NCBI GenBank assembly: GCA_030704615.1
Contig: CM060732.1
Location: 24,862,001-24,926,000, forward strand
Length of the DNA stretch: 64,000 bases
Origin: Takakia lepidozioides
Taxonomy: Eukaryota > Plantae > Bryophyta
Reading direction: 5' to 3'
Shown: positions 51,116-64,000 of the stretch, piece after piece
Position numbering within the stretch: the stretch's first letter is position 1
How the letters are laid out: the number at the start of each line of letters is the position of its first letter
The notes under the pieces: model-generated
Databases searched by the model: none
What the model was told of the DNA's origin: nothing
The model's input: only the letters and a program-made list of their open reading frames with translations
Program-made: the position numbers and the translations under genes

Positions 51116-54100
51116 CATACCTACCTCCATTCGCCATGAACTCACCGCAATACTGGTATCGGGACCATGCTATTCTTTTGTATACCCAGACTGGTATGGT
51201 ATGTGTGGGGGGGAATCTGAAAGACATACTCCCCCAGTACGTGTATCACATGGGTACATTGGTTCTTTCATACCCGACTCGTCTGTTCTTCAATATATAT
51301 ATTCATACCTATATTCCATACCTAGGTTCACCCAGGTATACCAGTCCAACACTATCATGCATGTGGTCAGACATTTTGTAGCTGATTTCACTGTTTCAAT
51401 CAAAAAATTATAAGAAATGAAAATGGTGGATTTTTCAAGTCCACCAAAAAATCCACCTGCATATCAGGGTTGACCAACTATTTGCTCTGTGATTTATTTC
51501 TTTTTCCTACCAACGTCACCACAGACTCATTGCCTACTAGATGTATAGAACGTGCTCTCCAAATTTGCAACCCAAATTCCACGTTTTTGGGTGGGTACAA
51601 AACCCGAATTCCCCGAATAAAGGGGGGTTTTGGGTTTTCCACCCATTGCATTTTGGCTATGCAACTGGTGAATTTCGGGTTTCGGGTTTCGGGTTTCGAA
51701 ACCCCCCCTGCATGCAATAGCAATGAGACTTCACCAGACACTCGCTTCGATGTTGACGGCCCATTGCGAGGTCTCCTCCTGAAATTGGAGGACCAAATTC
51801 CCAAAGAATCTACTAGCTGGTTTGTATGTGCAATAAGGAGGGGTGCACTTGGTAGTGACATAGAAAATGCTGCATAGATCCTACACATTGTAACCAAATG
51901 CAGTTTCCTCTGGTGCAATCCTGCAGTGCCCAAAGTTGAACATGAATGTAATTTTTTTTTAGAAAAATCCAAAAGCACCAGTGTAGATGGGTGCACACAG
52001 TTACCTGCCACGTGGCAGGTCAACGGGCCCAGGCCATGGATTCCAAGGCTTATAAAAATCGTGGCGGCCCGAGGTTTTGTCCGATGGGGGCGCATTAATT
52101 TCCCTCGTGCGCACCTCCACCCCGTGCTCACTTTTCCTTTGGCGATTTTTTTTCATCCAAGTACATCCACGGAAGCTATCCATGGATGAAAACGGCTGCG
52201 ACCCAATTCGGGTCGTGCCGACCTTTAGGGGTCAAGATCTCCTAGACACATGTCTCAAATCCAAGATTGATCCTTATAGCCCATGAATTCTTGACCCTTC
52301 AGCTTTCCAAGATTTTTGACCCAAATTGTTCCCCGGCAATGGCCTCGGGCACGGACCTCAAAGTTTTGGGCTGTCCTATCCCTTAACCCTAAAGGACGAG
52401 AGTTTTTTTGCAATTTTTTCGAAAAACCTATCATGGCCTGACTTGAGTGGATGTATGTTGTTGCCAAAATTCATCCGGAAGGATGAACCATACAATGTTG
52501 TCAACAACTACATCATACATATGGTCAAAACTTCTCAGATCATTCCACCGCTGGAATGAGCAGATTATAATGTGGGAGTCACCTCCAATTTGTAGGTTTA
52601 TACAAAACTCATGGAAAAACTTGGTTTTGACTAGTGTTGGGCGGTTCTTAGCTTTTATTAATATCCGCCGGGTCCGGATACTTGACAAACTAGAGAATGA
52701 TATATCCTGCGGATCCGGATATTAGATTAATCTGCATTTCTCATATCCGTCGGTTATAGTATAAGTTCTTAAAAATCTGCCGGATATAAATAAGTCCGGA
52801 TATTCAGATTATAATATCCGGCGGTTATAGAGTAATCCGGATATATAAATCATAAAAATAATATCTTTTAAATTTTTCATTTAATCAATTTAAATCATTA
52901 CAATTCTAATAAAATATTAATTTTTAAATGAATTGTTTTTATTTTTTATTTTATTTTCTTAACCATTCTTAACCATTCTTAACCATTTCCAGTGTCATCT
53001 AAATCCCACTATGTATCCAAGTGCGTCTCCTATGTCGAGGCCCATCTAAGCTCCGGTGCAATCTTCTATTCATATCCAAATGCATCTCCAATGTAGAGGC
53101 CCAAGTGTCAAGTGTCATATAAGCCCAAGTGCAATCTCTTATGTCTCCAAGTACATCTCCAATGTCAAGGCCCAATTTTTTTTTTTCATGAATTTATTGA
53201 GTAGTAATATATCCAATCATTATTGATATATCTCATGTCGGGGCTCCAATCGTTGCCCCAGGAGAGTCAAGCCCACTTTGCTATTTTTCACGAATTTCCC
53301 GCGACCAAAAGTACTTGAAATTCCATATCTCCCACAGCACAGGTCCAAAAATCACGAGACCAAGCCCAAGCCCGTGCACCCCACCTCGTTGAGGGCTTTC
53401 CAACCGTACCAAGCACGAGGGCTGGGCCCGCGGTTTGGACATCTCAACTCTACAAAACAAACAAAACAAGTTGTAAACAACAAGAGGCTCTATCCATTGA
53501 GGCAACAATTTTGACAAGCTGCCACGTGGTTTATATTTAAGAGTTTTTGTAGACCAATCATACTCTTGACACGGTGTAAGGTCCGTTGACCACATTTTCT
53601 ACATTGACTTCAACATGATGCAAAGTCTGTGCCCTGAAAACAAGCCTCAAACCTCTTGCTTTGCTTTGGCACAAATAAGAGGAAGGTAAGACTAGGGAGC
53701 ATGACTCAGCACAACACACCAATCAGCGCCTTGACACGGTGTAAGGTCCTTGGACCACATTTTGTCCATTGACTTGCATGTCTCCGCAAAGTCTCTCTCT
53801 ACCATAGAGCCAACAAACAAACTGGCTTCCTTCATATGTTGATGGCTTGCTATTTGTAGAGGGCCAAGGATGAGGAATGCAAATGGCTAGCAAAAGCCCT
53901 TTGAAAGATATCTCCTCTCACTTTAATCAAGAAAATAAAAGTGGACCACGACAGATTGGATCTCTGAGGTCTAGAAAAAAGACAAACGAAAGAAAAAGAA
54001 GACATGAGAGAGTCCAGATTGTGATGCTCGAGGAGAGCATCGAGATTGTGTTCAATTTTTTTTGAGAGATGGGACAGAATCCTGCTTGTGTTGAGCAGGA

Positions 54101-54474
54101 GACTCTGGAACGATCGTTGGGATACCCGCAGAGACTAGAGACTGTCCAGAGTGTGAAGCATCAGACGCAGTGGACGGATCCCAATGATGTCGATGGAGCG
54201 AGCAGCAAGAGTGGCCGATGGTCGAGCACGTGTTTTATGGTGCTCATTTCTTCAGAGCCAGTTGCAATCACCAGCTCGTTTAGTACCTCGACGATTTACG
54301 GATATCTAGATTGAGTAACTGTAGATCTGACGTCTGACAGCAACATATCTAACTCTCCCCAGCAAGAGAGTTCAAGTATAGAACCGGTCCACCAATACAT
54401 AAACAATACCCACGTGGAGAGCGAGAGAGAGAAAATCATAACAGGAAGTCTGCGAAGAAGAGAGCGCGCAAGTG

Positions 54475-56786
54475 ATGATGGACGGCATAGAAACATCCGG
54501 CGCGCAGATAGATCGACTTGGAACCCTTTGGTGGGCTCAGGATAGTGTTAGTGTGGTGCTGCTAGTCGTGGTAGGGATAATCGGCGCTGTTGCTCTCTTC
54601 CTGAGAAAAACTATGAGGATACCTCCTGGGCCACGGCCATGGCCCATCCTGGGTAGTCTACCACTTTTGGGGGAGCTTCCCCACCAGGGATTGGCACGCC
54701 TGGCTCAGAAATATGGCCCTCTCATGTATCTGCGGCTCGGATCCACCCACACTGTCGTAGCATCCTCTCCAGAGATGGCCAGAGAGTTTCTCCAAACGCA
54801 CGATCAAGTGTTTTCTCACCGCCCGAACACTTTGATTGCGTACTTGCACCATGGCAAAAACGTTGCATTTTCCGAAGGTGCCTATTGGCGGCATCTGCGC
54901 AAGATATGCATGCTTGAGCTCTTTAGTCCAAAACGCCTGGAATCTTTTCGAAATGCAAGGACAGAGGAGGTGACTGCCACGATGAAGACCATCTTCGACG
55001 ATTGCCGAGAGAGGAAAGTCGTGGATCTGAATTTAAAGCTCTGGTCCCTCATCTCCAACAACATGACACGCATGCTTTTCAACAAAAGGTTGAACAGAAT
55101 TTGAGGATCATCGATATATTTGCCAATGAATAGAGGATTGAATCTTGAGTACTGAATTTTAGAATCACTTGCTGGTTACTTGTCCATTCACTTTACTGAA
55201 TATCAGTGCCAATTAGAGAGGAAGCCTCAGCTCCAGATTTGAAAGGTGGCAGGTCGCTAGTGCCCACTTCATGTAGACATTTCGACATCCCTGGTGGAGT
55301 TAAACTAAGTCAACATCTTCACATCAGGTGGGTGTTCTAGACTATTTGTAAACCTGTCGTAATTACACATTCATCGGTTTGAAACTACTTACCGACCGAG
55401 ATGTTGAGCAATCGATAGCATTGCCAATCCGCATTGATTTGGCAGGATGTAGTCCAAGGGAAAGTCCACATAGCGGGATTTCGTGCAGACGGTCCATATC
55501 TATGTAATTTGAGGACATGGACTTTCCCGTGACAGCCATAGCAACAATCTATCAGAATCTGTCATGCAAACATGTTAGACAACTTGCAAAAATTTGAATG
55601 CTTGCAAAAACGATGTGAATATTTTGCCGTCCCTGATCTTCACTTCAATCATTGATTAAGAATCACGCCCGCATTGATCCTACCCAGGTACTTCGAATCG
55701 GGGATGGAAGGTCAGAAGGAGGCGCAAACCTTTAAGGTACTTGTGGAAAAGATTCACTACTGGGCTGGGGCGTTCATCATCGGTGACTTCAACCCCTCAT
55801 TACGGTGGCTGTCCAAGTTGCAAGGCATCGATGCATCCAGTTTTTATCAGCACTTCATTGACGACCACAGAAAAGCTGCAGCTACGGAACGGGGGAGTAC
55901 TTATGGGCCGTCAACAGACTTTGTTCAAGTGCTCCTCAGCGTGCGTTCAGAGGATGGACGTGGCAATCTCTCTGACCAGTCGATAAGACTTGTGCTCATG
56001 GTAAATATCCGATAGGTCAGTCTCCTAATTTGCTTTGTTTTGCACTAGAGCTGCAATGTGGAGTTCTGATGATCTAGGTCCTCTTCTTGGAATGAGTATG
56101 AAGATTGCTTGAAATTACAGCTCACATTAAAAATGTTCGTGTCTTCACTTCCGTAGGATAGGTTGAATGGTGGAACGGACACATCCGCGACCACAATAGA
56201 GTGGGCGATGGCCGAGCTCTTGCGCAACCCTGATGTAATGAAGCGCGCACAAACTGAGCTGGATGCTGTGGTGGGAACCACTCGCCTTGTTGAGGAATCA
56301 GACCTGCAACATCTGAAGTACCTAGAAGCTGTAGTTAAAGAGAACTTTCGCCTCCACCCCGCAGCTCCACTGCTGCTTCCACACGAGTCTCGTGGGGCAT
56401 GCCAAATAGCGGGCTACAGTCTCCCAGCAAAGACCCGATTGCTGATCAATGTGTGGGCTATTGGACGAGATCCTTCCATCTGGAAAAGGCCCCTTGCGTT
56501 TGACCCGGAGAGATTTGTAGAGTTCCCTGACATTGATATCAAAGGCCATAACTTTCAGCTTTAACCTTTTGGCACCGGTAGAAGAGGATGTGTGGGACTT
56601 TCTCTCGGACTACTTATGGTTCAGATAATCTTAGCTCGCCTTCTTCACAGCTTCAATTGGTCTTTACCAGACGTGCAAGACCCCAACACGTTGGACATGT
56701 CAGAGCGGTTCGGAATCACTCTTGGCAGGACGCACCCACTGCACGTTGTTGCACACCCTCGCTTGGCTGCGCGTTTATATGAGTGA
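54475..56786 (+). pseudogene. CYP71-clan P450 paralogue of the 35050-37493 gene, with a premature stop
   Basis: Exons 54475-55088, 55688-56000, 56157-56786 with the same intron positions as the paralogue. In-frame TAA at 56562-56564 immediately before PFGTGRRGCVG. Short in-frame deletion in exon 2 relative to the paralogue. Confidence 0.88.
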
Positions 56787-56795
56787 ATCTTCATT

Positions 56796-57800
56796 TTAAC
56801 CCTAAAGTGTCAAACCGACCCGTTTTGGGTCGGTTAGGTTTCTTTAACCAGCCATAACTTCCTGTGGTTAAGGCTGATTGGCCTTTTTTTTGGCTCAATC
56901 GACAGATAATCGGGTCCCCCTTCATATGGCATTGGCCAATTGGTCAATGCCTGAAGGGGTATGGGTCTGGACCAATTGGAAGGGGGCACACTCAGCTTTT
57001 TGAGGCCAATTTGGCCCCCCTAACCTGCCCAAGTTGCTGACATGGCAACTGCGGTCAGGTTAGGGTGACTGAAAGATACCCCATAAAGGTTAGGGTGGCA
57101 CGCTCCCCCAAACCCCTTGATTGCCCGGCAGGGGCATGGCTGCTGGCGCAGGTCTGGGCATTCCCAGGCTTTGGCCTAGCCTGAATCGACGGCGATGGCA
57201 GCTCCGGCCAACGCCATGCAGGACGGGCTGGAGGGAGTGCAGCCGCGATGGCGGCAGAGCTCGGGGCTCGAGAGAAACGCCACGAGGGGTGGGCCAGACC
57301 TAGGGCGGGGTTTTGAGAGGGTTGAGGGTGGCGTGGCCCCCCATGAAAGCAGGGCCGGGTAAGCCAGAGGAGCTCCCAAGCCCCGTGCCCTTCTGGGCTA
57401 TGGCTCCAAATATCCTAGGCCTGCAGGCTATAACATAGGTGTGCCATTTGAAGTCTTGGGCAGGGAACCTAAAGATGTGAGGGCAGTTACCGATTGGTCC
57501 CAAACTTTTTTTGGGATCTCATATGGATGTTCATGACACTTCAACCGGAGGGATTAGGAATTGAACGGCTGACGTTTTTTGTATAATTTTAGGAAGAGAG
57601 ATTTTGGCCTGCCCAAAGAAAATGGCATATTTTGACCCCCCCAATTTGTCACTACAAAGGAGCCCACTTGAGAACATTTCAGAAAAAACTGAAATTTTAT
57701 GAGAATGTGTGTTATCAGGTATGGAACAACGTTCTTGAGACTCTCACACAGAAAAAATTAAAAATGCCCAAATACGAGCAAAAAACTGTTTTTTTGGCAC
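56796..57800. mobile_element. Putative non-autonomous piggyBac-like element (right end truncated)
   Basis: Begins TTAA-CCCTAAAGTGTCAAA; at 57790-57800 TTTTTGGCAC is a partial inverted match; a similar right end GGACACTTAGGGGTTAA lies at 48392-48408. No coding sequence. Confidence 0.4.
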
Positions 57801-58676
57801 CTAGTTCTTAGTGGAGATTTGTTTTTGTCCCCATTGTAAAGCCAGATTCTCGCCCACCCCGTTATTCCTCTTCCTCTCGGGGTATTGAGCTATAAGGGGG
57901 ATATATGCTCGGTAAAGCAGGCTAGCGAGATAGGCAAGATCCAACGCAGAGGAGACATAATCACTCACCCAACCTAACAGCACATCCTTACTCAGAGCCC
58001 TTTCATCCAAAACTCCTACACAGGTATAATAGGGTTTCACACCAAACGTACACCACCGCCTTAAGCGTCGTGTTGATCCCTTTTATAAACGAAGGCCCAC
58101 AATCTTATCTGACCAAGTGGCAAGCCTTGATTGGTCACCTAAATGCCATCTGGGTGTCTGTCCAGATAGGACGTCACTTCATTCTAATTTAGAGATAAAC
58201 TAGCTGTTAACATAAGACAATACTTAGTTTAAAAATAAATTGTCTCCAGCTGTTTCATCCAAGCCCTCAACGGTCATCATCCAACGTCTGTTCCAATGAC
58301 AAAAAGGTAGGTAGAAGGAATCTGGCCATTACATATGTAAAGCCTCCTGGCACATAGAGAAGTGAGCTCCAGTGAGCTAGCTAAAGAAACACTCTGCTCA
58401 AAACAGGGAGCAGGGTCACTCAAGGTTACACCAAGATAGAATGAAAAAACCGCAACAAGGAAAACCTTGCTCTGCAATGTGAGCGAAGGACAAAACCTTG
58501 ATGTGGAAAAATCCTAGCTTGTGAGGTGTGCAACCTGAAGAACGAGAAAGAAATTGAGAGAGAAGACAGTGTGATGAGGAAGTCTAGGTAGCAACTGAAG
58601 CAGAATCAAGCCGAGCACGTTTCTTCGGAGTTAAAACCACATGTCGATTCTCCACGTTGATGCAGGTCAAATCAAA

Positions 58677-59387
58677 CTACAGCTTAGAAGGGACCAGTTG
58701 AGAAACATGAACAGTCCCTGCAATCTCCGCCGTAGAAGGATGTTGAGGAAGAAGACGGTACTGCCGACCAGGCAGAATCGCATGAATCAGATAAGGCCCA
58801 TCAATCCGCATCTTGGATTTGGTGACCTGTTTGCCAGGCTGCAATCGAACACAAACAGTCTGGCCTAGAGAAAAAATTTCAGAATAAACAACCCTACGGT
58901 TGTAATTTCTAGCCTGAGCAACTTGAGAAACCTGAATGTTGTGCTTAGCAGTCTCTAATAAACGTAAACGATGAGAAGTGAGGTGAGTAAGAAAGTCTTC
59001 CCATATGATGGGCTCCGCAACCTGAGTCTGAAGCACAGGGACATGAAGAGGGGTGCGAGCCTTGCGGCCATACAGTAATTCAAAAGGGGAAAAGCGAGTG
59101 CTGGCATGCACCGAGGTCCTGTAGGCAAATATGAGAATGGGTAGAGTAACATCCCAGTCTTCAGTGAGAGCTCCGTTCTTTTCTAACAACTGGCACATGG
59201 TTTTGTTGAACCTCTCTGTAAGCCCGTTGCACTGGGAGTTGTAGGGAGCAGTCAAGCGATGCTTGACATCTAAATTAAGCACACAACCTCCATAAGCTGA
59301 TTACAAAACTCCGTACCCTGATCAGTTAAAATTTCAAGGGGACAACCGTGGCGTAGCAGGATTTCATCAAAGAAGAATTGAACCACC
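58677..59387 (-). mobile_element. Ty3/gypsy integrase, C-terminal half
   Basis: VQFFFDEILLRHGCPLEILTDQGTEF..TAPYNSQCNGLTERFN..FAYRTSVHASTRFSPFELLYGR..GPY. Confidence 0.9.
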
Positions 59388-62300
59388 CTTGGACAAGATC
59401 AAGTCTGTGATGACGACAGTGATACATGTAGTGACCCAGACATAGATGAGGATGATGAAGATTAGATATGCTAGATTTGTGCACTCCAGTTATAGACCAT
59501 GCATGATAGTTTAAGGTGGTAACACTCCCTTCGCATTCCCATTAAGATATCATGCTTGGACAATGGATTTTATGATCAATTATGGAGTGCTTTCCTATAG
59601 CACCCTTTATTCATTTGTTGTTGCAATTGGCTTTGGACCAACCCGTGCTGGTACCATTGCCATGGGTTCTGCCTGCAATGTTTTCTTGCCATGGATTCGG
59701 CACACGCCACGAAAGGCCATCCAGACCATCCTCTGGAAATGCTCCAATGTTGTTTCAAACATCTCCACATTGCAATGGATACAACACTGACATTAGATGA
59801 GTGAAAGTGAGACTAGACCTCCAGCCAGCCGGCTTTCCCACATCAAATTGAAGGGGATCTGTAGAGGATAGATAACATCTGTTGCCTTCTCAATGTCTTT
59901 TCCAATCACCTCTGCAATGAACTGGGGTATAAGATCCTTCAAATCACAAGTTTGAGCATCACGCACAAGCCACTTACGGGGATAGAGTTTCCAATGCGAA
60001 CCATTGGTCTTTTATTGATAGCATTGTTGTAAAATACATGGACCAACATGGTCATTTTCGGGAATGACATATAGTACGCTTTCATGTACTATGTAATCAT
60101 GCAACTATGTACCAGTGACGTGGCTTATTTGTCACTTAACCTGTTTGCCCATTCAGCCATCTCCACATTGCCATGGATTTTGCATGCTGGATTGTGAGGC
60201 CATCCACACCGTCCTCTGGAAATGCTATCATGGGGTTTCAGCTATGTCCACATTTTATGTCTGCACGAAGCAAGGCCAACTACATTCAGCACCCTCCACT
60301 TTATTATAGTATTGCAGCAGCATTCAAAGCACTTCAATTTGTATCCATCGATAATATCTAGGCTGGAAAAAGACATTGTTGCAGCGGAACTTATGAAAGT
60401 ATTTCTCCCCTTCCACTGCACACGTGAAATGAAAGAAGCCAACCAACATCATACCAGCCAAGAAAATATGAAACCAGCCAAGAAAAGAGCCAATATATGC
60501 AGTGAAGGTCGACACTAAATGAAACTTATCCAACACTTACATTAGAGGAGGGAAGCTAAGTTTTACCTCCATAAGCTTGCCCACATCAAATTTGGGAGCT
60601 TTCAGAATTTTTCCTTTCCGGTTGAATGAGCTTGGCTACAAGATCCTTCAAATCACAAGTTTGAGCTTCACACACAATGAACTTACAGGGATTGAGCTTC
60701 CAATGCGAACCAGAAGTCTTATATTGATAGCATTGTTATAAAACACATGGACCAACAATGACAGTCTCTGGAATGACATATAGTACAGTTTCTTGTAGTA
60801 TGTCGCACACAACTATGTACCAGTGACGTGGCTTCTTTGCCACTTGCCTCCTTTGCCCATTCAGCCATCTCCACATTGCCACGGACTCTGCATGCACCAC
60901 GCAAGGCCATCTACACCATCCTCTGGAAATGCTATAATCAGCCATCTCCACATTGCAATGGATTCTGTCCGCACCAAGCAAGGCCAACTGCATTCAGCAG
61001 CCTCCACTTTATTATGGTATTGCAGCAACATTGAAAGCACTTCAATTAATATCCAACAAGAACATGTAGGATGGAAAACAAAAATTATTGCAGCAGAACT
61101 TACGTTCGTACTCCTCCCTTTCCACTACACACGGGCAATTTAACCCCTGGTACCTCAACATGCTCCCCTTCAAGCTCTTCCAACTCACCAACACGTCGCT
61201 CTATCTTTGCTCCCACCTCCTCACTGTATGTGATCCCCATGAAAGCAGCCAAGCAACAAGATACCAGCCAAGAAAACAGCCAATGTATGCAGTGAACGTC
61301 GACACTAAACTGAAACTTATCCAGCACTTAAATTAGAGGAGGGAAACGAGTTCTACCTCCATAAGCTTGCCCACATCAACTCTGGGAGCTTTCATAACAT
61401 TTACTTTGTGGATGAAGGTGTTCTGTATAGGATACATACTGGCTGATATCTTCTCAATGTCTTTTCCAATCACCTCTGGAATGAACTTGGCTACAAGGAC
61501 CTTCAAATCACAAGTTTGAGCTTCATGCACAATGATCTCCCTCATCTTCCACCGAAGCAAGCCGAGACATGGTAACACTACTTACATCAGGCTGCATATC
61601 GCGAAACTGGTGAAGGACCTGCATGGAAATACTGGCTGCATACAATGTTTTGCAGTGTTCCTGACAAGCAACCACCATTGCAACCATCATGTTCTATGGA
61701 AATTTCTGTCTTTGTCTCTCTCTTTCTCTCTCTCTCTTTCCCACTCATACATGAATCTCAGAAATGGACATCAGAGACCTGAAATGCCTTCATTATCCCC
61801 AAAAACTATTGGCTGGTGTACTTGAGGTTCTATTTCTTTCAGAGACTGCCATTCAACTTCCAAGAATTGCATCATTTTGTCGAAGAGCCCTAGAAATTGT
61901 CTAACATTTTTGAAATTGTGCGTAGCAAGTGCGCTTAATGTGGTTGGGTCGCTTCTTTGTGAAGCCAATGCAGAAAATCCGCAACATGTAATTGTCTGTT
62001 GTTTTCACATCCACATGTGACTCTATCAGACTCTACCATTTCCGCACCAGCCTCCATCAACTTGTCTGTGGTGAAATTTATTCCCTGGACCAATTCCAAG
62101 TCAATTTACAACACGGCCTTTAACCCTGACAACAAAAAAAGCTCACTTTAGAGTGCCAAAAGACACAGATTTACATGAGAATAAGCACTTCAATTTCGCT
62201 ATGATGTACTGAGTGATAAGAGCCCCATACTAGAAGCAGCACTGCACCCACTAAAAATGAGAGTAACCTAAAAGTTAGTGAGGACATTGCGACCCTGCAC

Positions 62301-63603
62301 ATTCTTTGTGAAGCCAGTTTGGCAATTCGCAGAGAGAACACATATACTGGCGGCCAGCTTCAACCTTTCCTTTGTAATATCTTCCATTATTTGACCAGCC
62401 AACCTGTGATGACGACAATGCTACCCATATCCTAACAACATTGCATTCGAAAAGAATTCCCAAAATCAAGATCATGAGGGGAAATGTGAAGTTCCCTTTG
62501 GAACCTTCCACATAGAATGAAGGGTTTGACAGCGAAATAAGGACAAAAAGGGGGAGGAAGATGCAGGTTCCGATTGGGATTTCGCATCGGGCCTGTAGCT
62601 TCATGATGGTGATTGGTTATAACTGCTAATGGAAGAGATGTAGACTTGGCAGTAGATATTTAAACGTTTCGATTATAACTTACCAATCTGACACCAGATA
62701 ACCTTTGTAAATCTTATCGAACTCTCCCTTTGAATTCGCATCGTCGATGCTTCCATACATGTCCATGAAGGTAACGTTCCAAATTTCTTCAAGTAGATGC
62801 AGTTCTTGCCTATGATATGATCACCATGCTATCCTGCAATCATCGCATTTGAAGACACGACCCGTCGTTCAGCCAAACTGTCGCACATTCCCTCTCTGCA
62901 AACGCCACATTCCAAATGGCATCCTCTGCAGAGTCTCACTTTACAGACTCAATGAAGAATGCGACTTAGTGCTCTACGGTAACTACAAAATGCTTGAGCT
63001 ATATCAAACCAATAGGAAACTTACACATGTACTAAGCTGATAGGATTTCGGCAAACATGGATGGATGAGCTCATCCAATGGATGGATCCATTCATTATAT
63101 GTCTTCAAAATGACACGTGTACTAATAAAGTCATATAAATGCCTTTAAAATGCCATGTGTAGTGATGTAGTCATATATATAAAGTCATGAATCAATCTGC
63201 AGTCAAACAGTCATAAGTTTACATGTCATGTCATGTTGTGGATGAACTCGTCCAATGGATGAATACATTCATGTATTTGCCTTCGAAATGACACGTGTAG
63301 CGATGTAGTCGTATAATTAGAGCTGTGAAACCATCTCTAGTCATGGAGTTATAACATTCCATGAAACGTCGTCCACGTGTAGTCAAACATATCACACTAG
63401 TCATATAAACCATCCCTGTCATTGTGGTCAACAATGTTTGACCAAAGCTTCCTAACTTTCCGGAATCATGTAGTGATATCCGGCGTCATGTAGTGATAAA
63501 ACTATGACTGCAACGCATTTCAGTGCTCTGTAGTCATCTACCTAGTGCAGTTTTTATGACTCCGCCAAAGCCGTAGTTCTAAAAACGCTCATCTCTTGTA
63601 GTG
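59388..63603. mobile_element. CACTA-ended insertion splitting a gypsy integrase and carrying RPS3a fragments (Pack-CACTA-like); left terminus not recognisable
   Basis: Right end TCTTGTAGTG (reverse complement CACTACAAGA) at 63594-63603; 3-bp ACC duplication at 59385-59387 and 63604-63606; TGTAGTGAT/TAGTCAT subterminal repeats at ~63110-63540. Confidence 0.65.
59815..61560 (-). pseudogene. RPS3a: Three tandem fragments of the 40S ribosomal protein S3a (eS1) C-terminus
   Basis: [65 protein letters not shown] at ~61356-61555; shared anchor CCTTCAAATCACAAGTTTGAGC at 59936, 60645 and 61500. Confidence 0.85.
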
Positions 63604-64000
63604 ACCTCATCACTGTCCTTAGCAACCAACGGTCGGATCTCAACCCACTTAGACAGGAAATCAGTAGCCACACCAATGTAGCTATTGCCCTTAGTCGTAG
63701 TTCTGAGGGGTCCAACAATATCAAGACCAACTCGGGCAAACATCTCAGTCACCGGAATTGGTTGTAATTTAAGAGGAGCTATGGTCCTAGGCAACAGTGT
63801 TTTAGACTTACATGGAACACACTTAGAAATGAAATCTGCCACATCCTTAGTTAACCCCTTCCAATGGTACTTTTCCTGGAGTCGCTTGACAGTTTTGTCA
63901 ACGCCTAGATGACCAGCATATAGTGAGCAATGGTAAAGCTCAAGCAACGCAGGCATAGAGCTCCTAGTAGGGACCTCCACGGCAGTCTCTTGCCCCTAAA
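63604..64000 (-). mobile_element. Ty3/gypsy integrase, N-terminal half (HHCC plus first catalytic Asp), runs off window end
   Basis: YHCSLYAGHLGVDKT..CVPC..RVGLDIVGPL..TDFLSKWVE..AKDSDEV; joins VQFFFDE at ~59384 when the insertion is removed. Confidence 0.9.

Overview
Eukaryotic, intron-rich, TE-dense plant DNA, most consistent with a bryophyte/moss (inference from gene and TE content). Host genes: an intact 9-exon SnRK2 kinase (18506-21536, +), a multi-exon DGS1/NCA2-like gene (~23664-33930, +), an intact CYP71-clan P450 (35050-37493, -) and a divergent paralogue with a premature stop (54475-56786, +). Remnants include OSB-type PDF-motif, PPR-DYW and RPS3a fragments. Mobile DNA: a ~11.4-kb Mutator-like (MULE) element, a chromodomain Ty3/gypsy element, a 5'-truncated LINE, a CACTA-ended insertion splitting another gypsy integrase, and several MITE-like pieces. 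The standout is the MULE. Besides its transposase it carries a divergently transcribed, spliced gene with an N-terminal ParB/Srx-like domain and a C-terminal beta-class N4C/N6A DNA methyltransferase-like domain. Two introns of that gene hold about 15 copies of a 26-bp palindrome. I propose this as a candidate parS/ParB-like self-targeting (anti-silencing or self-marking) module. This copy is decayed. Two local inversions (~1.9 kb and ~7.3 kb), each breaking a TE reading frame, can be reconstructed from target-site duplications and reading-frame continuity. Protein assignments are by motif recognition only; no searches were run.
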